Both the position numbers and the translations under genes were made by a program. From Hyaloraphidium curvatum SAG 235-1 (taxonomy: Eukaryota > Fungi > Monoblepharomycota), in contig JAIVFI010000007.1 of assembly GCA_025558095.1 (NCBI GenBank), forward strand, positions 682,001-746,000: a DNA stretch of 64,000 nucleotides. The letters run 5' to 3'. The notes below the pieces were generated by a model that was given only the letters and a program-made list of their open reading frames with translations, did not search any database and was not told the DNA's origin. Each line of letters begins with the position of its first letter. Within the stretch, counting starts at the first letter, position 1. This document shows positions 33,355-45,206 of the stretch, one piece after another.

Positions 33355-35154
33355 TCAATTATCTTCCACATCATCGTCGACCTGGGCTTCCTCCTCGGCC
33401 TCCCGCGCCACGAAACGCGCCATCATCTCGCACACCTTTCGATGCACCGGCCAATCCTTCCGCTGGCACTCCTTGGAGCAGTACCTGATCACCCCGCACT
33501 CGGCGCATCGCAGCAGCCCCTCGCCCTCGCGCCTGGGGTCCTTGCACACCTCGCAGCAGACCGTGAACCTGGCGCCCTGCTTCCTGCGGGCTTGGTCCAT
33601 GCGGAAGGACTTGTAGGCCCGCGCCGAGAGCTCGCAGGATTCGTCGGAGCAGTAAGGGTACAGGAACGTGTGGCAGACGGTCTCGAGATCCTCCGCCCCG
33701 GGGCCTTGGGGGACCCAGGAGGTTCCGTGGTAGATGTACCCGTGTGCCTTTTTTCCGCAGCCCATGCAGTCGTGCTCGCGGCCGCCGGGATTCGACCGCC
33801 AGAACCGCTCGACGACATTGTCGAGCATATCCCGGGTTGCGTCGATGAAGCGCCCCGAGGCTGACTGCCGCTGCAGGAGCGAGGCCGGGTACGGGCACAC
33901 CGATTCGCCGACGAGGTCGTAGTCGGGTGCGAGGAAGAAGTGAACGGGGACCTTTGCGATGTTGGGGGGCGGGAAGCCGTTCTCGCGGCCGATGCAGCGC
34001 TCCTTGTGCAGTCCTTCGTTCCAGTCCGCCTTCTGGCACGCAGCGGAGCAGTACGAGGCCGTGCGGCAGCCCGAGCACCGCAGACGCCGGCTCCCTTCGC
34101 GGATGCGGAAACAGTAGTCGCACCAGTCGGGCACGTCGCCCCGCAAGAGTCTCGGGTCCGCTTCCATCCGCAAATCAACACCCGGCTCGTTGTGGTTGAT
34201 GTCCATCGCGGATTTGAGGACCCTGTTGAAGTAGACCATGGCGTCGTAGAACGGCTGCTTGCTCGCGTTGGCCATGCCGCCGAACTTCTCCTCCATGGGA
34301 TCCGTGACTTGCCGAAGCGCCTGAGCACCGATCATGAAGATCGTGTCTTCGTCCGCCCAGGCCTTCTGCTCGAGCATCCAGCGCCTCAGCGGCCCCTCCC
34401 GGTCGGCCAGCATCACTCCGACGATCTCCAGGCCCCGCTCCAGCACGTCCTTGGCCCTAATCTGTTGGTCGGTTGCTGGCAGGTCCACTTGTTCAAGCCG
34501 GAACTGGGCCACTGCCCAAGTCGAGATGGAAGCGACGACGGCCGCGCCGGCCAGCTCCGGCTCTGCAGTCAGCCTCCTCCGCACGGGCTCGCACGCGACC
34601 ATAAACGCCCCAATGGCATCGATGGCCCTCTCCACCAGCGGGTCGAAGAATTCGGCAAAGGGGCGCAGCCGCGCCGCGGTGCGGCCCGGGGACGGCGCGT
34701 CCCACTCGCTCCGTTGGCGAGGGTCGGGCGATTCCCAACCAGCGCGCAGCTCCGGGTCGATGTACCAGTAGACAACTTCCCGCAGCACGGGGTGGAAGAG
34801 CGGGAAGGCGACCAGGGCTAGGCGGCCCAGCATCGCGTCGGACGCCGCATCGCTCGGGCGGAGACCCTTGCGAAAGGGCGCGGGGCGGAGGTGCCGCACA
34901 TCGGCATTCGACGACTCGAGCGCCTTGAGCAGGTCATCCCTCAGCCTGACTGCCCGGGCCAGCGCCAGGGCCCCGGAAGGGCGGACCGACGCGGCGGCCT
35001 GCTTGCAGCTCGACTCGACCAGCAGGCGGCGGGCTTCCGATGCATCACGCAGCCACCGCTCGGCCACCCGCTCCGTGTCCAGCCCACGCCAGCTCTGCAG
35101 CTCGGGGCGTCCGATGGCCCGAGCGAGCTCGGCGGCGCGGTTGGATGGCGGCAT
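33355..35154 (-). CDS. Protein with two MYND-type zinc fingers
   Basis: CDYC..RCSGCRTASYCSAACQKADW..HKERC and CEVC..RCAECGVIRYCSKECQRKDWPVHRKVC. Confidence 0.88.
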   Translation of the reverse strand: MPPSNRAAELARAIGRPELQSWRGLDTERVAERWLRDASEARRLLVESSCKQAAASVRPSGALALARAVRLRDDLLKALESSNADVRHLRPAPFRKGLRPSDAASDAMLGRLALVAFPLFHPVLREVVYWYIDPELRAGWESPDPRQRSEWDAPSPGRTAARLRPFAEFFDPLVERAIDAIGAFMVACEPVRRRLTAEPELAGAAVVASISTWAVAQFRLEQVDLPATDQQIRAKDVLERGLEIVGVMLADREGPLRRWMLEQKAWADEDTIFMIGAQALRQVTDPMEEKFGGMANASKQPFYDAMVYFNRVLKSAMDINHNEPGVDLRMEADPRLLRGDVPDWCDYCFRIREGSRRLRCSGCRTASYCSAACQKADWNEGLHKERCIGRENGFPPPNIAKVPVHFFLAPDYDLVGESVCPYPASLLQRQSASGRFIDATRDMLDNVVERFWRSNPGGREHDCMGCGKKAHGYIYHGTSWVPQGPGAEDLETVCHTFLYPYCSDESCELSARAYKSFRMDQARRKQGARFTVCCEVCKDPRREGEGLLRCAECGVIRYCSKECQRKDWPVHRKVCEMMARFVAREAEEEAQVDDDVEDN

Positions 35155-35745
35155 CGGTGCGTCGTAGTTTGGAGCTGTTCGACACGTCACCCCGATCACT
35201 CCATCCCGACACCTTTTCCTGCGTCCACGGATCCACTTTCCCAGGCCTCTATCACGTTATCCATTAAGTTAAGCTCCGTCGCATCGCGATGCCCGGATTC
35301 TGGGACAACTCAACCTTCCGTGCCCGGCGGCAAATTCCAAGATGCATTTGCGGTCTCGAAGACGCTTTCCGTAGTCAGAAGGCCATCGTCACGTGATTGA
35401 AGCTCAAACCTGACCGCCGAGTCTCGCGCTGTTCTCGTGAAAGCGGAGGTTTTTGGAGCTTGGGGGACTTGGCTGGGGCCGAGCCCTGACACTTCCTGGC
35501 GTGGGGGTCCTCTCTTTCCCGCTTTTCGCAATTCCCGCGCACCACCACCACCACACGTCGCCTCCCCGGAGCCACGTATTTGGGTCTGGGGAGCGCCTTG
35601 CTCTGAGAAAAGAAAGCTTTGTGACGCGGCGGCACCGCCGCCGGAGGAGCCGACGCCGCCCTCTGCCGGCGTCGCGCGCGGAACGGACCGGACGGACCGG
35701 CCCCCCGCGGCACGGCTCCCACCGGGCCCTGAAGATTTTCGGACA

Positions 35746-38700
35746 ATGATGCGCCGGCGCGCACAACGCGGCCGGGAGCGGCCGCTGCGGCGCTGGTGGG
35801 CGGGCGCGCTGCTCGCCGCCGTCGCGCTGTCGGCCGCCGCCGCCGCCGCCGACCGCCCGGGCAGCCTGGCCGCCGCGCAGCAGCTGGTCGAGGAGAGCGA
35901 GGCGGGCATATCCGTCACACTGGGCACGGAGGAGGTCGAGGAGTACGGCTTGGAGCTCGGGAAGGCCGCCCCGGCGCCCGGCGCCCGGCAGGCCGGCGAC
36001 CATGCAACGCCCACCGCAAAGGGCAGCGTCCGGTACATGTGGGTGGCCCGCCGGCACTCCGTACGTCCCGAGTACTGACGCCGAGAATTGCATGCGCTCC
36101 CAGCAACGACTATGGGCATGACAAGGAGAAGCGGGAGCTGCTGCCTGCCGAGCGGGCAGACCTGCGCAGCTCCGACGGCTGCCCGGCCGACTGCGGCATG
36201 GTCCGCGACGCCTTTGCCAGCGGCCAATGTGGGTTCCTCATGCGACGACGTGCATTCCGCTCCGTCTCACCCTCTTTGGCAGGTGTCAACGGCGCATGCA
36301 AATGTCTGCCCGGCTGGGGCGGAGACACCTGCACCACCCCCTTGGGCCAGCCTCCCATTGCCGGCGACCCGGCCTGCGACATGCGCTGCGGCTCGGGCGT
36401 CTTCTGGGCCGTCGGCATGTGCAACTCCGAGACCGGCCAGTGCGAGTGCGCTGAGGGATGGAGCGGACCCTTCTGCGGCTTGTGAGTTCCCCCTCCGCGA
36501 CCTTTTTCTGCGGCTCCTCACCTCCCCCTCTCCTTCCAGCAACAACAACTACCCCCTCGCCAAGGGCCTCGAGCACGTGAACGTCATCGGCGTCGAGCTC
36601 GACCGCAACAACGGCGGCCAGCCCACCAACACCAACACGAATCCCATCAACCCGACCTACAACCCCGACACCTCCAACGGCTGCCCGTACTACGCCGTCG
36701 CTTCGGGCCTGCCGCTCATGTGCGGCCCGCAGAACGGCTTCAAGCGCTGCCCGGCCGGCCTGTGCTGCTCCACCTGGGGCTACTGCGGCGGCGGCTCCCT
36801 CATCAAGGTCAAGTCGTTCGCCCTGGACCGCAGCGCTCCCGCGCACCTGTACGAGCGCGGCAGGGAGGAGGAACTCGAGCGGTGGGAGTACGAGCGCCAC
36901 CTGCTCGCTGAGCGCAGCTACTGCTACGGCGCCCGCGCGCTCGACGGCTCGCGGTTCCGCGAGGTGCACTTCGAGTTCGAGGCCGAGGAGCACGCCATGC
37001 CCCGCGTGCAGCGCCGCAGCATCCGCCGCAACTGCGCCAAGCGGTCCCTCGAGGAGCGGACCAACTCGTGCAAGCGCACCAACGAGTGCTGCTCGCAGCC
37101 CATCTGCAAGAGGATGTCGATCGAGGAGCGCAACAATGCGTGTAGCAAGCGCAACAACGGCGGAGGCTGCTGCCCGCTCCCGCCCTGCCCGCCCACCCCG
37201 CCGCAGGCTTACTGTGGGTTTCCCGCCCGTGCATGCGGCTCTGCGCTCCCTTCTGACTCGCTCTCTGCACAGGCGGCGACGGGTGCCAGCCCAACTTTGG
37301 CAAGTGCTTGTCCAGCGTGGCCTCGTGCACCGGCCTGCCCACGGCTACGACCACGGCCACCGCCATCACCGGAATCACGACGACGACGCCGAGCAGGCTG
37401 ACGGACGCGACCCTGACGGCGCGCACCACGTTCACGGGCCCGACGACGTCCACGAGGACCCAGACGCCCCAGACGACCACCTCGACGCGCTCCACCCGGG
37501 CGACGACGCAGACGCTGTCCCCGGGCGCCACCACCACGCGATCGCGCTCGACGGCCACGGTCAGCATCCAGGCGCCCAACGTGTACGACGCCATCCAGGC
37601 CGTCGTCAACGGCACCATCAGCAAGGAATACCGCCTCGATGCCGCGCTCACCCAGATCGACAAGTTCGAGAGCATCCAGGCCATCCTGCGGGGCACCGAC
37701 ACCAACTTCCCCAACGTCACCTTCTTCTGCTCCAGCGACGGCGGCTGGGGCTCATTCCTCGCCCGCCGGCGGCGCTTCAACGAGATCGCCGGCCGCTCGC
37801 GCGTGCCCCGCGACGCCGGCTTCGTCGAGCGCCGACTGGCACCCCGCCAGACGGCCAAGGACCACATCGACCAGGTCCTGCTCTACAACATCAACCCCAT
37901 CTTCATCGACCGCCGCACGCTTTCGCCCAAGGTCCTGGCCCCGACGCTGCTCAACGGCCCGACGGACCTCACGGTGGTCTCGACCCAGTACATCGTCCTC
38001 ATCACCACCGACTCTGGCGTGGGCTTCTTCCCCACGTACGGCGTGAGCAACACCACCGTGATCGACACCATCGTGACCACGAGCGGGGTCCTGTACGTGA
38101 CGAGGGACGTGGTCGTGCCTCCCCTCATCCCCAGGAACACGCTCGAGGGGGCGGGGCTGACGCAGATGAAGCAGTTCCTGGAGAACACGACGCAGCCCAA
38201 CCAGCCCAACAGGGACCTGAGGATGATGGAGGTCACGGACGGGTACGGGCTGCCCGACCAGCCGGGGCTGACGATGTGCGTTTGGTTTGCCCGCCGTGCC
38301 CGCCTGGTCTCTGACCCGACCGCCCCGCCCAGCTTCGCCCCCATCAACGACGGCTTCTTCGACATCTCCGAGGCCATCTCCGCCTTCACCGCCGACGAGG
38401 TCGGCGCCATGCTCAACTACCACCAGGTCATCAGCGGCAACGGCGTCTACTACTCTTCCGACTTCACCGACGGCATGCAGCTCCAGACCGTGCAGGGCGA
38501 CAGCCTGACCATCAACATCCAGGACGGCACGGTGTTTGTGGACGGCGTGCAGGTGCTGCTGCTCGACGTGCTGACGGACTCGGGCGTGGTGGGTCTCCCT
38601 CTGGGCGCGGAGTGCATGGAGTGCAGCCGCTGACGTGCGCGCCCTCCTGCAGATCCACGTGATCAACTCGGTCCTCCTCCCCCCCTCCCTCGCCGGCCGC

Positions 38701-38958
38701 GCCACCGCGCCGCCCAAGTTCCAGAAGTCCAACAACGTCGTCGTCGCGGACCGCATCTCGGGGCTGGTCCCCATCGCGCGCAAGCTCGAGCCGGGGCACT
38801 ACGACGCCCCCGCCGCCGAGGACACGCGGGACGGCGGGCAGGTGGACAGCGGCGCGCTGGCGCCCGAGCCCGAGCGGCCCGCGGCGGGGGGCGACCCGAT
38901 GACGGATTCGGGGGCCGTGTCGTCGGGCGGGGAGCTGTACGCGGTGCCGGACGAGTGA
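35746..38958 (+). CDS. Secreted EGF-like + split CBM18 (hevein) + Thr-rich linker + 2x fasciclin protein (paralog 1)
   Basis: Signal peptide; CKCLPGWGGDTC, CECAEGWSGPFC; CGPQNG..CCSTWGYCG...YCGDGCQPNFGKC; FAS1 FAPINDGF, LNYH, IHVINSVL; multiple introns. Confidence 0.85.
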
Positions 38959-39088
38959 AGGGTCGATTTGGAGCATGTACTGCATCGTCGGAATCTAGAC
39001 TGACATGTGCAATTGGATGGGGCGCCGCAGCGTGCCGCCGGCGGCACGCGGCCGCCCCAGAGGTCCGATGAGGGGTGCGGCCCGGAGT

Positions 39089-39752
39089 TCACTGCGGCGG
39101 CTGCCCCGCCGCGATCGGCGGCCCCGCCGGCACCTGTCCGCGCCTCGCGACGGCGCCCACGGCCGAGCTCCCCGCCCACCAGACCAGCCGCACGGCCCCG
39201 AAGCCCATCCGCGCCACGTCCCAGAGCACCCAGAGCAGCAGCATCCCCCAGAGCACCCCCGCCACCTTCTTCCACGGCCGTGCCGAGCCGGCCCAGTGGA
39301 CCAGCCCGCCGGTGGAGCTCGTCGCCGCCCCGCGGATCCGCTCCATGTGCTCGGGCGCGAGCGTGTACGGGTGCGCCAGGCCTTGGCGCTGCGCGACGCC
39401 GCCCTCGTAGAGCTGCTGCACGAGCTGCACCTTGGTCGGCTGCGGCGCGGGCTTCGGGGGCTCGGGCGGGTCGGGCGTGAGGTCCACGGCGTCCTTGATG
39501 CCCGAGCCCACGCGCTTGAGCGTGCCCGCGATGCGGTCGTTGCTGGCCTCGATCTTGTCGCCGAGCTTGTCGAACGAGTCGGCGATCTTCTGGTTGCTCG
39601 CCTCGATCTTGTCGCCGATCTTGTCGAAGGCCTTGCCGATCTGTTTCGGGGTGGCGGTTGGCGCGGTCCCGGGGGGTGCGGGCGGGCCCATCGCGGCGTG
39701 GCGCCCGCCGGCATCGAGGGCCGGGGAGACTGACCTTGTCGAAGATGCCCAT
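39089..39752 (-). CDS. Small hypothetical membrane protein with amphipathic repeats
   Basis: MGIFDK|intron|IGKAFDKIGDKIEASNQKIADSFDKLGDKIEASNDR; C-terminal hydrophobic segment. Confidence 0.6.
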
Positions 39753-40411
39753 GGCTGCGATTCCGGGCGCCCGGGCGCGTTTCGGGGGGTCACGGAAGTT
39801 GGGGGGTCGGGCAGGCGGCCAAGCTCCGATCAGAGCCCTGAAGCAGCGCATCCCACGATCACTTGTGCACCGGCACGTCGCGGCCCTCAACGCGCACCGG
39901 CATTATCGGGAGAAGCAGCACACTGCATTTTTGCCCTCGACGGGACCGATTCGTGGGCCCTGGCCGCGATCGTCTGGTGACGACGCCTTGCCCTGTATCT
40001 GACCACACCCGAGGACAATCAAGGCGCCAACCTTCAAGAGAGCTCGATGTGCCTCGGTCTTTATTTTTCGCATCGTTTCTCGGGGTTTTATGGACGGCTT
40101 GGGCAAGGGTTGGCGGGGTCGGCGCGAAGGCGGGCTGGCGGCTCGGCTCTCCCGCCGCAGCATTTCGCTCAAAACGGACGGCAATCCCCCTGCGGCGGGC
40201 AAAGTGCCCTCGATCCGCAGCAGCACGCCGGCACGTTCAACGCGCTTTCCCTATTCATTCCCACCGCGCGCCGGACGCGCACGCCCTCAGCGGGTCCCCT
40301 TGGCGCGCGTTCACCCCGCCGCGTCGGCTGCGCGCAGCCGCGGCGCGCAACCCGCGGGACACCGGGCTTCCCCGCGCGGCTCAGCAGCGCCCGCCGCCCC
40401 CGCGCGCCGCG

Positions 40412-43400
40412 ATGGGCACTTCCGCACGGCCCGTGGCCCGCGGAGCGGGCACCGCAGACATGAATGACTCGCGCGCCGCGCCGCGCACGCCCGCCGCGCC
40501 CCGCCGCCGCCGCCATCGGACCCGCCTCCTGCCGCTGCTGCCGCTGCTGGCCGCCGTCGCCGCGCTGGCCGCCGGCGCCGCCGCCTCCGCCTCGAACCCG
40601 CTGCCCGCAGACGAGCGCGCCGCCGCCGTGCGCGAAATCATCGCAAAGCTCGACTCGGCGGTGCGCAGCCCGGACGGCTGCCCTGCAAACTGCGGCATGG
40701 TGCGCGACGCTTTCGCCTCGGGCCGCTGCGTCAACGGAGAGTGCGTGTGCATGCCCGGCTGGACGGGCGACTCGTGCACAATCATCGACGGCGAGCCGCC
40801 GATCCCCGCCGGCGGCTGCGATCCGCGATGCGGGACCGGCGTCTTCTGGAAGACGGGCTCCTGCAACCCGGAGACGGCGAGCTGCGTGTGCGAGGAGGGC
40901 TGGGAGGGCGATTTCTGCGGCCTGTGAGTTGGACCGCGTTCCCGCCGGCAAGCCGGATTGCTGACCGACCCCATCGGACCGCGCCCATCACCCTGTGCAT
41001 CCTGCTGTGCATCGTCCGCATCGAAAATGCCTGCTGCGTCGTCGGGCTTTTCCGTTTCTCGCACCTCCAGCAATCCCGAGCGCCCGCTCGTCGGCGGCCT
41101 CCTCAACGACCTCCCCGCCACAAAGATCCTGCCCGGCAAGGACAACGCCGGTCTCACGACGCAGACAAAGACCACCACCACCACCAACGGGGGCGGCACC
41201 AACACCGTCCAGCCGACCAACGGCTGCCCCTACTACCCCGTCGCCACGGGCTCGCCGATGAAGTGCGGCCCCGCCAACGGTACGCCCCTCGCTCGCCTCC
41301 CGCCCGCCTCCGCTGACCCTCGGCCCGCTTCCAGGCAACCAGCGCTGCCCCGACGGCCTGTGCTGCTCCAGCTACGGCTACTGCGGCGGCCGCCTGCGCT
41401 CCTACGTCCCCCTGAGCGCCAAGAAGCCCAGCCGCAACGCCAAGCGGTGGTACGTCCCCGACGACCTGGACATGCGCGACGGCGCGCTCGTGGAGCGCAG
41501 CGAGGGCGGCGAGACCTCGTGGGACCTCGAGCTCTACGACGCGCCGCCGTCGCCGACGGCGCTGGGAAAGCGCCAGGCGGGCCCGGAGCCCGACGACAAC
41601 TCGCCCTTTGCCGACGGCGAGGGCCGGCGGGCCTACTGCTACGGCGCGCGCGGCTTCTCCGACGCCGCGTCCGAGGGCGTCTGGGTGTTCCGCCGCACGG
41701 CGTGGGAGAAGCGCAACTGCGCGCGGCTGTCGCTGGCCAAGCGGACCAACGCGTGCGCGCGCAACAACGTGTGCTGCACCGGCAACGTGTGCAAGCGGTG
41801 GGGGCTGGAGGAGAGGACCAATTCGTGCAAGCGGAAGAGGAACAACGACGGGGGCAGCGGGTGCTGCACGACGACAAACCTGCCGCCGTGCCCGACGACC
41901 CCGCCGCAGGCGTACTGTGGGTCTCGATGCCGCCCGTGCTGTTATCGCCGCATCCGGCTGACCCGTTCTTCCGCCAGGCGACGACGGATGCCAGCCCAAC
42001 TTTGGCAAATGCCAGTCCGCCGTGGCCTCGTGCACGGGCATCACCGTCCTCCCCACCAAGACCGCCGACCCCGGCGCGCCCAGCACCACCACGACGCGCA
42101 ACACCGTCACGCTGAACCTGGCCACCACGACGACGCAGACGGCCCAGGCGCTCACGGGCACGTCGACGACCACCAAGGCGGGGACCAGCACTTCGACGGC
42201 CACGGTGGTGCCGGCCACCAACGACATCTTCGGGACGCTGTTCCAGATCACCACGGGCAACATCAGCAAGCCTTACCAGGTGCGTTCGCTCCCTCGTCGC
42301 CGGTCTAGCCCCGCTGACCCGCCTCCGTTCCAGGTCGACAAGATCCTCTCGCTCGTCAACCTCGCGCCCGCGGTCAAGGCCATCCTGCAGGGCCAGAACC
42401 CCGCCTTCCCCAACGTCACCTTCTTCGCCGTCATCAACGAGGGCTTCACCCTGCCCACCGCGACGGGCGACCAGGGTCTGCCCACGAGCACCACCGCCGC
42501 CCGGGGGACGGGGACGACCACCGCCGTGCGGATCACGGGGACAACCACGGCGGCGAGGACGACGACCAGGGGGACGGGGGCCGCGGGCACGACGACGGCT
42601 TCGCTGACGCTGTCGGAGGATTCGGCGACCGACGGGGGCACCACGGACGAGGGCACGGGCGACACCACCGACGGCGGCACAACGGACGAGGGCACGGGGG
42701 ACACGACTGACGGCTCCGGGGACGGGACCACCGACGGCGGCGAGGAAGCCGCGGGCCGGCGGCTTTTCGGCCGGCAGACCACGACGGAGCCGACGGCCGC
42801 GCAGCACCCCGGCGACGTGCTCCGCTACGAGATCGTGCAGGCCTACATCGACCCCGCCACGCTGCCGGGCAAGGTGCTCGCGCCCACGCTGCTCAACGCG
42901 AGCTTCACCCTGGCCAAGGTCAACCCGCAGTACCTGGTCATCACCAAGTCGGGCCTGGGCATCTTCCCCTTCTTCGGGTTCCTCAACACCACCGTCATCG
43001 ACACCGTCCCCGCGACAAACGGCATCATCTTCATCACCCGCACCCTCGTCGTGCCGCCCGTGTGGCCGACGACCACCATGACCCAGGCCAACCTCACGTC
43101 CTTTGTCTCGCTGCTGGCCAACGGCTCGCTGACCAACACGGTCAACAACTACGGGCAGACGGCGCAGCCGGGCGCCACCTTGTGGGTATCCTCCCCCCCC
43201 GCGCGCGCTCGTTCCGTCCTGACGCCGCCCCGATCCGCGCAGCTTCGTCCCCGTCAACGACGCCTTCACCACCGAGGAAGCCGTCGCCATCCTCACGGGC
43301 GCTTCGGCCGAGGAGCAGGCGTCCATCGCCAACTTCATGATCGTCGTCTCGGGCAACGGGGTCTACTACTCGTCGGACCTGACCGACGGCCTGGAGCTGC

Positions 43401-43819
43401 AGAGCGTCAACGGGCAGAACCTGCAGATCGCCGTGATCGACGGCACCGTGACGGTCAACGGGGCAAACTGCATCATCCTCGACATCCTGACCAGCAACGG
43501 CGTGGTACGTGCCTCCCCGCGGGCCGTCGCGTCCGCCGCTGACCTTCCCCGCTTTCAGATCCACGTCATCGACGCGCTCCTCATCCCGGACAACATCGGC
43601 GCCCGCCGCAACCGCGCCGACGGCGTCGTCCGCGCCCCCGCCGCCTCGGCCGCGCAGCTGCGCTCCTACGGCGAGCGCAGCGGGATGAACCGCCGCGCCG
43701 AGGTGATCCCGCCCTACACGTGGGCGGGGCAGGGCATCCTCAACGCCGGGCCGATCGGGTCGGCGAAGGGCAAGGACACGAGCCCGCTGTGGGATGCGTC
43801 GGCGGGGGGGGAACAGTGA
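40412..43819 (+). CDS. Secreted EGF-like + split CBM18 + Thr-rich + 2x fasciclin protein (paralog 2)
   Basis: Same architecture and several shared intron positions with 35746..38958; RSPDGCPANCGMVRDAFASG, CCSSYGYCG, YCDDGCQPNFGKC, IHVIDALL. Confidence 0.85.
42628..42714 (+). repeat. 39-bp coding tandem repeat (TDGGTTDEGTGDT) within a FAS1 insertion
   Basis: Two near-identical 39-nt units plus a partial third. Confidence 0.8.
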
Positions 43820-44054
43820 TGGAGGGGGATCTGCTGAAGCATTCGCATCATCTTGTAGTACTTTATCTGGCGGAGCGCGGACGCATAGCCATTAATTCGC
43901 CTGTTTATGGTATCATAGAGATACGTGGAAAGCCGAACGCTCCGGTTGGGAGGGAGGAGCCCTGTACTCGCTGGCTTCTGCCGCCTCGTTCCGCCAAATC
44001 AAACCAACTCCAACGCGGTCAAAGATGGCATCCGCAAATTGGTCGCTCGCCGGA

Positions 44055-44696
44055 ATGTCCACAACCTCGGACGCGCGTCTCTCGGCGCCCTGGGTCGCCC
44101 GCAACCGCGACGCCATCCTCGCGGAGCTCGCGAGGCGGTTGCCCTCAACCGGGACGGTTCTCGAGGTCGCCTGCGGCTCGGGCGAGCACACCGCGTTCTT
44201 TGCTTCCAAGCTTCCACGGCTGACTTTTTTGCCGACGGATCTGGCGGACGAGATGCGCGCGTCGGCGGACGCCTGGGCGCGTTCGATGCACCTCGCCAAC
44301 GTGCTCCCGTCGGTCCCGCTCGACGCGTCGGATCCGACAACCTGGCCCATCACCACCGCCGACGCGGTGCTCTGCATCAACATGATCCACGTGGCGCCCT
44401 GGGCCGCGTGTCTGGGCCTGTTTGCCGGCGCGGCAAAGGTCCTCGGTGCTGGTGCCCCGGTGATCCTGTACGGACCGTTCATGAGGGACGGGAGGCACAC
44501 GTCGGAGTCCAACGAGGTGTTTGATGGCAAGCTGAAGGAGAGGAGTGGGGATTGGGGGGTCCGGGATCTCAAGGATGTTGCCGAGGTGGCGAGGAGCGAG
44601 GGGTTCGGGGAGCCGGAGGTCGTCGAGATGCCGGCAAATAATCTGGTCGTTGTGTTTCGAAAGACGGGTGTCGTGGATGGCGAGGAGGTCGAGTAG
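44055..44696 (+). CDS. DUF938 / METTL26-like SAM-dependent methyltransferase
   Basis: RNRDAIL, VLEVACGSGEH, CINMIHVAPW, LYGPF, SNEVFD, WGVRD, MPANN; intronless. Confidence 0.92.
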   Translation: MSTTSDARLSAPWVARNRDAILAELARRLPSTGTVLEVACGSGEHTAFFASKLPRLTFLPTDLADEMRASADAWARSMHLANVLPSVPLDASDPTTWPITTADAVLCINMIHVAPWAACLGLFAGAAKVLGAGAPVILYGPFMRDGRHTSESNEVFDGKLKERSGDWGVRDLKDVAEVARSEGFGEPEVVEMPANNLVVVFRKTGVVDGEEVE

Positions 44697-45206
44697 AAGT
44701 TCGGAGCGCGGAGCACCGTACCGGGGAATTGTGCGGTCGTTCATTTGACGATGCGGCACCTCGGATGAGAGCCGGCCTACCCACCATGAAGAGGCGAGAC
44801 GATTGAAGAGGCGGGAATCGGGACGCGTTCTTTGGCCAACGGCAGTGGCAACGTCCTGCTTCGCAGTGTGGCAAATCGAGTTTCGGCAACCGCCCGTGGC
44901 GGCGCGCTCATGGAGCGGCCCGTCGCATCGGAAGGGTAGTTTCTGGTGCCATTTGCAGCGCGAGACCCTGCTGATGGAGTCCAATTGGGAGCAGAGTTTG
45001 GGTTGATGACGGGCGGCGAAGCGGGCGGCGAGTGCGGCGGCAAGCGGTGAAGCGGCGAAGGGCCTGGACTTCCATGCTGACTTCCACGTTTTCCTCAACC
45101 TTCCTGGGAACCTTCGGTGAAAAACAACGGGTATAACTCCGCCAGCAAAGGCCGCCTTGCCGACTCCACCCCGTGTCTTCGAAACGAAACGAGCGACTAC
45201 GACACA

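Noticed and set aside
36790-37209. Hevein insert as an intein
   Set aside because: No N-terminal Cys/Ser or C-terminal His-Asn splice motifs. The protein is secreted and Cys-rich.
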